From: Diplonema japonicum
Lineage: Eukaryota > Protista > Euglenozoa: Diplonemea
Length of the DNA: 64,000 nucleotides
Reading direction: 5' to 3'
Assembly (NCBI GenBank): GCA_964019335.1
Contig: OZ025681.1
Span: forward strand, 1-64,000
The notes under the pieces are model-generated. The model did not search any database, was not told the DNA's origin, and saw only the letters and a list, made by a program, of their open reading frames with translations. This document shows, piece after piece, positions 32,141-44,100 of the stretch. Both the position numbers and the translations under genes were made by a program. The first letter of the stretch is position 1, and every line of letters begins with the position of its first letter.

Positions 32141-35100
32141 TTAGTCTTTTGTCTTATGGCTCTGGGCAACGGATAAAGACCTCCCCACAGTATGGGAACG
32201 AGATTCTCTTACCGGCTTTGCTCTTTGTGGTGGCTTGCTGCTGTCAGGCTCATCTACCATGCCGAGTGCCACAGCTCGACTGAAGTCGATATCCTCGCGT
32301 TCGGCGGCCCATTGCTCTTTGGCAAATACTTCTGCCAGGTCCAAGTGGCCCATAATCGCAGATGGGGAAAGCACTTCGCTGGCTCTCAGGGGTGATGTGC
32401 CTACCTCACTTACCCACTTTCGTGTGATGCTGTCTGTCCTGCTACCCGTCTTAGGCTGCGGTCTGTGCTTTACGTCTGCAACAGATATGTTTGGCATGTG
32501 CTTCATCCCTACAGGACCTAAACACTCGTCCTCACCGGACGACAATGATATCTTATCAGCTTCTTCGGCCGTTTCACATACGCCAAGCATAATTCTTTGT
32601 TTTGTTAATGCCTTTTCTCTGCCCTCTCGCATCTCGCGCTCAACTGCTTCTTTGCGGGCATTAACCTCACGTTGCTCCTTCTCCCTCTGTGCCTCTCTCG
32701 CTTCCTTTTCCTCTGCTGTAAGTCGCTTCTCATAACACGTACATGGCATCCATCCAAAGGCGCGCCTGAAAAGTACGGCAAACACTTCGCACACTGTGAT
32801 GTCACCGTCGCCGTCCTCGTCAAGCCAGTCAATGATGCCGTGCTTACCTTCCTCTTGCAGCCTCCGCTTGTACAGGTTGAGATATAACAGCGCAAAGGCA
32901 AAGATGACAGAAATATTGCACACGACGAGTGCGATATAGACAACCCACAGGAACGGGTCACTGGCAAGATGGGCACCCTCACTTTCTTCAAGCAAGAGAT
33001 CGTCCCTAAAGTAGTACATGCCAAGTGCGAGAGTGAACATCAGCATCACAAGAACGGTTGTCTCGGCTTCGTGGTGTACGGCCTCTTGGAATGGGTGCAC
33101 CACAACGTTTACAATAAGAGAAACGATAAGCAGCCATTGTGAGATGAAAAACCTGTAGAGAAGGCGTTTGACAAAGACAGCCACAAGAATCAAGGCTACC
33201 TTGCGTAGCATGTGCACGTAGTCCCAAAACCAGCAGCTCCTCTTGTATCCCTTAGAGATGAAGCCTAGCAGGCTGTGTACTCTGGGGTCATCTTTGTCGA
33301 TCATCTTCTTCATCACGTAGCCGATGGCAATGGGAATGATGAAAGTGAATAACACAAAGCAACACCCGTTGGCGATCTGCCAGTTCACCCAATTCTCATC
33401 GTAGCAAACCTGGCTCATGTCGAAGTTGATGTAGTGCTTGTCGTTGACCTCCACACAGTCAAGGAGCATGCTGCCAATGAGTACCAGCAGCGGATGCACA
33501 ACAAAAAAGCCCACTAACCACGACGTTGCCACAATGTCAAGGATTCCTACGTTCATCTTTGTGAACAATGTGACACCAACGGGATCGGGTGCAATAAAGT
33601 CGACAGCACTAGGACCGCTTACCCTCCATGAGATGATGAAGTCTCCTTCATCCCAGCCCACCACCGTTAGGTCCACTGAAAGTCTGTCTGTTGTGAACAA
33701 AAGGCTCTTAGGAACAAATGACAGCATCGGGCTCTTCGGTGTGAGCCTAACCGACACACCTGGCGGTCTTGTGACTGTAACCCTGCACGGATCCGATGCA
33801 GTATCCACCATTGTGTTCCTGAAGTTGTCTACAACGAACGTCCCTGGCTCTCGCTTCTTGCTATCCTTCCTTGCCGTAGTCACAGCTGCCTTCACCTGCG
33901 TGGCGCCCTTGACTTTTCGCCACATTCTGCCGCCCTTGGCCATCTGCTTCCCCTCGTGTTGTACATTGTCAGCTATCCAGTTAGATGCGCTTACGGGACC
34001 CAACTCGTTCTCGTTGATGATGGCATGTGTGTACGGCTCTACTTCCTCTTCTGAAGACGTGGTCGAATCGCCTGTGTCGAACATGAGCTGCACATGTCCA
34101 GATCGTGAGAGGGACCTTCCCATCTTCATCCCTTTTTTGCGGTCTTGTAAGACCTGGATCCCGCCCTCATACATTGCGGTTGGAAGCGCGCTACTCTTGC
34201 GACGCATGCCGACTTGCATGTTTGCTGCGTCAAACAGTGACGCCTTTCTGATTCTTTTGTTTTGTTCACTTTCACTGGCACTGCTCCCACGCAGGGGACC
34301 CAACTGCGAGTCAAAACCTGCAGAGACTTTGGGTATCCTCAGTAGAGACCCTTCTGAAGGCTCGCTAGGCTGCTTTTGTGTCTCCCTGCGCGGCGATTCT
34401 CCGCGAGGTGAGGAAAGAGCACTGCTTGACTTGTCATTAGCTGAGTTGTTTGACCTTCGCCTCAACGCTGAAGCCAAGGAGGGCCTGTCATTAACTTCTC
34501 CTACCCCCAAGTGAGACATAGTTTGGGACTTACTCAGAGGAGGCTTTTTCTTTATTCCTGCTTCAACATTGTCAGGCGGAAGCTCAGTCGAAAAGCTCAC
34601 CTTCGAACGGTTTTCAGAGGGCTCCGGCAAAGGGGGAAGGGGGCGGTCCGCTAACGACGATTCTGCGAAGGCCTTAAAACCACCAAAAGGATATTCATGG
34701 TCACTGATGTTGGTGTCAGAAGTATGATCAATAGACGGCTTGTGATCGTCGTCAGTGTTGTTGTAGTTGTTGTAGTTGTTAGACGGCTTGCGATCGTCGT
34801 CAGTGTTGTTGTTGTTGTCATCATCGTCAGGGCTAGTGTTGCTGTTCACCCACCCTTTCTTATGAATAGCTGACTGGATGGAATGTTTAGTATGCCTTCT
34901 TTTGTGAGCAGCTCTCGTTTCCTCTTCTTCCTTGTTTATTTTCCGCGTTCTCAGGAAAACCCACCTTCCCAACATGAAAACGGGAGACATCATTACGAGG
35001 AAGACGGCCCACACCACAGGTACAGCCATCACGATGGCAAACTTTTCATAGATTGTTAACGTGCCTAGACAGTTGAACGGAGCGAATGTAAGGTGGAAAG

Positions 35101-38100
35101 TCAGAACACGTCTCTGGATGTTTAGAAGGGCGGCGAAGGCGGCAGGCCACCGGACAGTGTCATCTCCAGCAATGGCCGCTAACATCTGCAGGTAGTTGAG
35201 CATTAGCTTCAAGAACACGAAAACCAAGTTCTTTCTACCGTACATACTCTCCGCCAGCGTGCGATATACCAAAACACTGAAGGCAAGGAGCAAGAGCATA
35301 ATGAACAAAACTGCTAATGCCATTGTTGCATTAGTATTAAGACACTCAAAGCACGATTCGCCCGATAAACCATAGCCTTCATCGCACACAGAACACATGA
35401 CGCCTTTGTACCCAGTGTTACACTCCGCAATGGCGCCACCATTGCAAGCATCTTCATTTGGACACAGAAAGAACCTGCTATATTTTTCTCGTATGCTCTC
35501 ACCATGGTTTGACAAGGTGTAGCCCAAGTCCTCTCTCCACCACCCCGGGCGGACGATAATCTCACTAGCACCATCACACACACCCCCTCTGGGGCATGGT
35601 AGGCATTCAGCCTTGCCGATGACTGCATACTCATTCGATCCGTACTCGCCACAAGGGCTCTTCATGATGGGCCCTTCTGTAACTGTGTGGGTTACTCCGT
35701 CTACTGAGAAGTGAAGGAAGTAGAAGTAGCCGAAGAGAAGGTCGTTCTCCAAGAAAGTGACATGCACAATCCACTCCGTGCTGTAGTCGTTGGGAAAGAA
35801 GCTCATCGAGCGAACAGTCTCGTTAGTAATGTTGTTCATAACCAACACGCGTAACTCGGCAGTGCTTGACACAAGACTTCCGCCCTTGTCTAGTCCCCTG
35901 ATGGCCATTGGCCCAAGTTCTTCCGACTGCATGTAAGGAACAGCACCCGGAGGCAGTCTTGGGTCATCCGTTCTGCGAAGTCCAGTGGAAATAACAAGTT
36001 TGTATATGTCACCGACAGTAATGGTGAAGTGTACCTTTGAGGACCAGCCCGACTCAGGGAGGCTCACCTCAAGGTAGCAATTGCCTGCAACCGGAAACGG
36101 AAGGAGTAATGAGTCGATTTGTGCCTTGCCACTTGTTACAGAAGTAGGTCTGGAGCCATCGACAAGAACTTGTTCTGTTTGCAAACCTGTGTCGCAGTGG
36201 GCGTGTGACGCTAGCACTAACCGGCGTGTTATTCCCTTGTCACCTGTGTACTCTGCGAGCCTGTTCCCGACGGTGTCTGTAACGTAGATGCTGAGCTGCG
36301 GTAGTCGTGTGAGGTTCTTGTTTATTGGGACACCTGTCGTGTTGAACCACCCAAGCACGTCCCCAGGAGGGCCAACAACCATGAATTCGGCAACAGCGGC
36401 AGATGGGAAAGATTCTCCGTCCTGCGAGACAGATGCCGTGTAAGGCACACTACTGGGGAGGATAATGCTCGCTGCAGGAAACATGCACAGTGACAATGTT
36501 GACGTTCTGAAGATGCCCCTCCCGATGTGCACGCAGGTGGGGAGGTCGTCGTGGCACTGCAGCTTGCAACTCAGCACACCGCTGTTGACGTACCCGTATC
36601 CCTTAAATGACAAGACGATGTTCTGGCCTTCCTCTTGGTATGAGGGACTAACAGAGATGACAGTAGCAGGCGGTGTGATGTGCAACATTAGGTTGCTTTG
36701 ACTCCACCGCGCTGTGCCGAACATGGAAACCTCCAAAGGGTATCCTTGGCACCCACCAAGACCTACTGCCTCTATGTGTGGTGACTCGCACAGGAGCGAA
36801 GTCGGGGTCACGTTGTAAGCACGCATCGTATGGTTCAACAGCCTGCAGTGTGCATTGTTGTGGTCCTTCACGAACCCAACGCCCTTCACGGTGATAGTTG
36901 TTTGCCCTGTCATGTCAATGTAACCTGGATGAATCTCTGTCGGCGCATATGTGTTGAGCTCGACCAGCCGGAGGAATGACGTAGCTGGGAGTGCCACAGA
37001 CATCCGCAAGCTGGAGATGTCTACGATAGTGGACACGTCTTCTGACTCACCTGCGTAATACGTAAAGGTTGTACTGCCTTTCATAGCAAAGACCTCGGGG
37101 TCAAAGGTGTAAAGAGTACTAGGGCTTGTCTTGTTGCCTACGTTGTTACTGATTACAAGCTTGCCGTGGCTCGGCATCGTGTTTATGGACATAGAGCGAG
37201 GAGTGAAAGGCTTTGCTGACTGCATGACCTTCAGCTCTACAGGCTGCGGGACTAATGATGCAGCAATAAGCCTCCCGACGTCAAAGCGAATTAGAGTCAA
37301 CAGCCCGTTTTGTACTGTTGTTGTGAACACGTATTGCGATCCCAGAAACGCCAGCAACGCTACATCTGTGGTGCCTTGTCTCCCCAATCCCCCGATGCCC
37401 CAGTACATGATCTCACCCGCAACAGAAACGTCGATTATAGCAAGCACATTATCGCCGTTCTTCACACCCAGCAGCGCGAGGTACCCCTGTGGCTCTGCTG
37501 CCCACTTTTGCATCTCATTGATTGTGTCAACATACTGCGCCAGCGAGTGCTTTGCAACCAACCGCAGCGTAGCTGCGACGGCATCAACAACGCTGATGTG
37601 CAGCTGGTATTCACCTGCGATAAAATACACAGTGCAGACCTTATCAGTGAGGAGAAAGGCACCTACCGTGACTGGCGCAGCAAGGGGGGAAGCTTCCCTA
37701 TCAGCAACAGCAAAAGGATTCAGTGGGTACGTGTACAGCTTGAGAAGGGCGCGACGCATGACCTGCACAACCTGTGTCGTAGTATCAAGCAGGTTCGCGA
37801 TGATAATGAAATCCTCCGTGGAGGAAAATGAAGCCGACAGGATCTTGCCTTTCCAGGAAGCCAGTCCTGCAGACAGCGTCGCATCGAAAAAGAGCCCGGA
37901 ATCATTGAAAGTGTAAATGGCAGGTGGCGTCGAAAGCACAACAAGTCTATGATACGTTTCATCTACAAGGAACATGGTTTCATTCAAATTCAGGAAGGTG
38001 CTCTGGAAAAGGGCTGGTGTACCGCCCACTCTCGCAACAGAGACCTCTCGCGAGTTGCAGTTCAATCCTGTGTATCCAGATGTGCACACATCGCATTCAG

Positions 38101-41100
38101 GCTCGGCCCAGTGTCCTTTGACATTATCATCCCAGCAGCTGCACTGCCCTGTGTTTTGCGAGCACGAGTACGCATGGCTGCTGCATGGGCACTTGCTCAG
38201 ACAGGAACTGCCCCAGTACCCCGACTGGCACTCTACGCATTGAGGACCTCCCCAAAAACCGTTCATGTTATTTGACACACATGTGCACCCCGACGCTGAG
38301 CACGACACAGTATCTTTCAAAGGAAACCCCGTGCAGTTGACAGACACATCGCAGTACAGCTGGCAAGCGGATCCATAGTAGTGCGGCCAACATTCACACT
38401 TGCCTGAATCCTGCTCTGTACTGCCGCAGGTACCGTGTCCTGTGCACACATCGCTCGTGACAGCAGGAGCGCTGCTGTTTCCAGTTCTTGCTGGGCATTC
38501 GAATGTGCATCCACTGCCATAATAGCCCCAAAAGCACTGACAGCTCTTCCCCTCCGTGAAACCGTTCACGCATGGTACAGTGCAGTTCTCGCCACTCCAC
38601 CCACTGCTGCAGGATTCGCAAGTCTTCCCCGACCACTGAAAGTCGCATATACACGGGGGGTCCAGCTGGTTGCATTGTCCCCGTCCGTTACATTCCATGC
38701 CAGTCGGCACGGGACACGGCACGTCACAGGCTGCACCTCGCCAACTAGGAAAGCACTGGCATGTTCCCGACCCTTCCAGTCCTTCATTGCACACACCACG
38801 AGCAGCACCACTGCAGGGCTCTCGAAATCCCCCTGGGCACTCAATGTTGCACCATCTCCCTGCCCAGCCTGGATGGCACACACAGAGGGGACCACCGTCA
38901 TTGTAGAGGGAAAGGGCACAGTCACCGTTAATGCACGAACTGCAGGGAACAGAACAATCGGGGCTTCTATGGGTAGAGTCACATAGACACGTGCCTGTCC
39001 CGCTTATACCTTCGTCGCAGATACCATAACCGCTACAGACTGGAGTTCCGGGGCACCTCGTGCTACACGACACCCCCGCATACCCAGCTGGGCACGACAA
39101 GCCGTCACACGCAGCCCCCGAAAGAGAGCACGAACTTCCGCAGTACCCAAGGTCACATCTGCACCTGCCGACGTTATCAATCCCAAAACAAGTTCCTTTT
39201 TCATTGCATGGCAATCCGCTGGCTAAAGGGCAAGGTGTTGTGCAAGATGCCCCCGTATAGCGGGTGTCGCACACGCTACAGTCATAGGATGCCCAGTACC
39301 CAAGTGTGTCAGATGCTACACACGAACATGTTGCATCTAAGTAGCTACAACTACCATGCCCGTTACAAGGAGAAGACTCACCACCTGGGCACTGTGTGTC
39401 GCACGCAGCGCCGCCCCAGCCTGAGATACAAACGCAGATGCCGCTTTCCATTTCGCAAGTACTCCCAACGGATCTTCCTTCACAGGGGGATGCAATTCCC
39501 GGACAAGTGTTATTGCACGCAGCCCCCCAGTACCCCGCTGCACACTTGGTACATAGGGAAGTCTCATCCCAAAAGCCAGTAGCAGAGCACGTACAGGTGG
39601 CAATTCCATGCTGATCCTCGTAACATCTGCCTTGCCCCCCGCAAACACCTTTCCTCGTCATGGGGCACGGAATTGAACAGACCGTACCAACCCAACCATG
39701 CCTGCAGAAACACTCCCCCGTCCCAGAGGTACCATGGTCACAGTCACCATTGCTCCCGCATATTAACCCGTTGCGCAATGGGCACCTGTTGGTGCACGAC
39801 GTACCGTAGTACCCCTCTTCACAGTCCCCGCAGTCTGTACTTCCCCACACCTCTCCGTTTCGTATTGTGCACAAGCATATGCCCGTGCCGTGTCTGCCAT
39901 CTAAACACTTCCCCCTTCCGGTGCATACCTCGCCGGTCTCCGTCAAACCCGGGCATCGTATGTTGCAGCCCTTGCCCCACCAGCCTGGGAGACACTCGTT
40001 GCACAATGCCCCCTGCCACATTCCTACATCTGGGGTGCTGAAGCATGTACACGCACCAGTGCCAAGCAAGCCATCGTGGCATTCGCCATGCCCGTTGCAC
40101 ATGTTGCAAGCTCCGCCGGGACATTGACTCTTGCACTCAGGTCCCCAGTACCCAGGCATACACTGCTCACAACCTGGACCTCCAAAGAACCCAGAGGAAG
40201 CGTGGCGGTGACACAGACATGTGGCCGTTGTGGGGTTGCAGCTTCCACGTCCATTGCACACTGTAATGCCGTCTTGCAGCATGCCCGGGCATGTTGTGTT
40301 GCAGTGCGGTAGCAACCAGGGTGATGTACATGAAGTGCAAGCTAACCCCTTCCACGAGCCACGTGGGGAATCAGGGTCTTGAAAGCAGTCACAACCACCA
40401 TCTGACACACGACAGTTCCCGTTCCCGTAGCATGGAGTGAGTGCACCTCCTCTGCACTCAAGTTCACAACTGACACCGGCAAACCCGTAGTTACAAATGC
40501 AATTCCCTGTGCCAGTGTTACCCCAGTCGCAAATCCCTCTCTGGGAGCACATTCCTAGAACAGGGTCCGAGGGACACTGCTTGTCGCACCATGTTCCTGC
40601 ATATCCATAGCTGCAGGTGCACGACCCCTCATCTGTGCATGTCCCCTGGCAGAGTGTGCAGTCGAAAGAGCAGTCATATCCTTGGTATGTGCCCGTGCAA
40701 GTGCAAGAACCGGAGCCCTCTTTCCCGTTGTCACACGTCCCATGACCGCTGCAAACCGTATTGGTGGAAACCTCGGTACCAGGGCATCTGTTCTCGCACA
40801 GAGAACCCCATTGCCAATTCGTCTGGCAGGACCGTGCCTGGCAAGTCGCGATTGTGATCGAGCAATCAGCCCCGCAGTAGTCGCTGGTGCACTGACAGCT
40901 TCCCTTCAAACATGTACCGTGGCCACTGCACGTCGTAGTATCCGCAGAAGGGCACGCAACGTCGCACGTCTCACCGCTCCACCCTTCTGCACATGTGTTG
41001 CAGTCCGTACCCGCCCAGTACCCGTTTACAATGTCAGCATAGCAAGAACACAGACCAGCAATACATTCACCGTGGTTGTTGCACCAGTTCCCATTCATAT

Positions 41101-44100
41101 CCCTGTTGCATTCCCTGTTGCAAGCGCTAAGCCCATATGCCCTATCGCACGTGCACTCACCGGTCCCGTTGATGCCCCACGAGCACAAACCGTGCTGGTT
41201 GCAATCAAAACCGGGGCATATACCAGTGCATTGGCTCCCAAAATGCGTTGATAGGCACTCCCCACAACCTGCAGCAGGATCATAGCCTTCATTTACACAT
41301 GTACACGCACCTGTTCCGTTATTCCCATCGCTGCAAGCACCATTGCCATGGCAGACAGGACCTAAAGGGTATGGGCGTGGGCATGAGAGGCAATCAGGGC
41401 CGAAGTAGCCCTTATTGCACAACTCACAATGTCCCGTGCCATTGAATCCATCTATGCACCGACCCCCGAGCGGTTCATTACATGTGCACTCGAACTCACA
41501 ATCACTACCCCACCAAAACTTCTGGCAGTTCTTGCACGCCACAGCATCGTCCCATTGTGACGAGCAAACACACACTCCGGAGCTGAGGTCACAAGCACCT
41601 TCGCCATTGCACTCTTTTCCATTGATGATGGGGCATGAGAAGGACGTATACTGTATTTTGTGGTACTCGTCAGGAAGAAGAGGGGTCTGCTCTGAACCCA
41701 CAGACACCGAAATGGGTACGACGCCTCTGGCATCGGGGTAGGAGTCGCACCTCAGCGTGGAGTCCGAAACCGTTATGAGAAGTTCGCAGGGATCGCTGCC
41801 GAGGTAAAGCAGAATAGGGCTGCTCCACAAGAAGTTTCCGCCAAAGACAGTGAGTGGGACGGCAAGCCTGCCTGGTGGACAGGAGTGTGTACCGTTGACA
41901 TCGTCTTCACAGCCGACGACGCTGGTTACATATGGCACAGGGTTAAAAGTGACGAAAACATCTGATGGAGCAGAAATCTCGAGTCCTCTGGAAACTGTGA
42001 TCGGTAGTACAGAAACCTTGTAGGTGTGGACATGCCACCTGCGGCATTCTATAGCTGTATCGTTAAGGTACACCACACTGTCGCATTTATGGCTCCCAAA
42101 ACTGACTGTAATGTCGCCGCGACCGAAGAAGCCTATTCCGAAAATAGTGATGACACTATCACCATGAGAGACACTTCTGCATCTTGTGAGCTCCCCATCG
42201 CAACCAGAAGCTGAATAGACCCACGGTGTCGCATCGAAGTGTGCAACTAGTCCGTCTGCACTGAACTCCATGTCGTGCGTCACAATACTGAACGTACTGA
42301 CACTGGAAGACAGACGTCTGCGGTACCACATGCGGCATTCCATGGCCGTCGTGTATGGTTCGATCCACGTCGAGTTCTTACAAGGCTCGCCATCTATGTA
42401 CACAACAGCGTCAATGGGTATCCTCTTTCCATGCACAACCAGCACGTCGTGCCCGCTGCAGTGCTCTGTGACCCCCGCCCTGTCTACACACCCCGTAACG
42501 CCCTCAAGAACAGGGTACGACCAAAACCCGATCTCTTGCGGAGCATCATCATTCCCTATCCACACTGTGTAGTTCGTCGTTCCCTCTAGCACGGTGTCTT
42601 GCATGTCGCACACGATCTTATCATGCGCCATGGTTACAACCTTGCATGTGATATTGCTCAGACCGCTCTTCGACATCATCATTACCTGCCCTGAGTGCGT
42701 GTCAAAACCTTCCCCGTGCAGCACCACCCTTCCAGGTGTGGGGCATGGGTAATCCCATCCTATCTCGTCCGCGTCGGTAGCGTTGCCACATGTGTACCAT
42801 GTAATACGAGGGTAGCGCTGCACTGTAAGAGTTACATTACTTTCAGCCTGCCTTCCAAGTGGAGATGCAACAGTTAATTTCAGCGGCCCAGATCCACCGG
42901 TGTTCCAAGAATCGGAGTACAAAAGAAACACCGCCAGATCATCGTGTAGCAACTCTGGTCCTGTGAAGGTGGGCAGGTATCCGGGAGGCCCAGTCGCAAG
43001 AACATAAGGTGAGCATGACAGGGATGAGCAGAACTGCGAAAAACCCCACCCTACGAGGCTTATCCGTATGCCCATCGGCCGCCTGCATGTGATGTGAGTG
43101 TCGGAAACTGCATCGCACCACCCTGTGGAGTTTACAGTGATGTTCCAATAGATGCGGAACACAGCAGGTGCAAAGTTGACTGCAGGTGTCAATAACGGGC
43201 GAGTATCTGTCGTGTTCGGACCCCACGAACTGTACTCTGTTCGTCGGCCCTCAATGACCACAGGCCACGTAGAAGTCCCTTTCCCGAATGGGGAAACAGA
43301 GCTTTGATCGCACCGCACGATCCGTTTTGTGTCGGTGACGTTATCCCACATCCACCGCTCAGAAGTTAGGGTGGTGTCCAGGGGCAGCTGCTCACACTGG
43401 TGCTCATCGACGTAAATGTGCTGAGTGTAACCATCGCTGATGTGGTCAGCCACCACCGTGAGAAACGATGGATGGAAGGGACTACAGCCAAAGGTGTCAC
43501 TTCCCACAGTGAAGCATCCAGAGACACTCACAACCATGGGGGTATTCAGGCACTGAACCTCTGCACACGTGTACTCCGTCTCTAAAATCCCTTCGTACAC
43601 CCAACCAGCAAGGATGCTATACGAGTAGACAAGGTCTTGGGAGAAATAATATGTGGCAGGCAGCCAGAAGGTAGCGCATCGCACAACATAAGTAGAGCCG
43701 GACACCAGTGTCGAAGAGCAGTTGTAGTCAGAGTATTGATACTTCCAACTAGTGATGGGTGTGGTGACCACCAGTAGCAACGTGGAAGTTGTGGCGGGGC
43801 CGATGTGATTGTATCCTCTTCCAGAGGAGATCACCATTTTGTTATATGACACAGTAGGCGTGTATGCCGTCAGGGTAATCGAGGGGAGGATGGTCTCAAA
43901 GGTCAGCGATTGTGTGAAAGAAACAGTCTGCGACTCTGTAAGACTCAAGGTGTCTGTTGCCGTCGGGAGCGTAAGTGATATCGTAAAAGTGTTAGTGAGC
44001 GAAACCGTTTCGGTGCGCGTAGGGAGAGACAGGGTAGTCGTCAGTGTCTCTGTGATGGATGCAGAATCGGTCAGCGTTGGCAGCGTGAGGGTCGCTGTGC

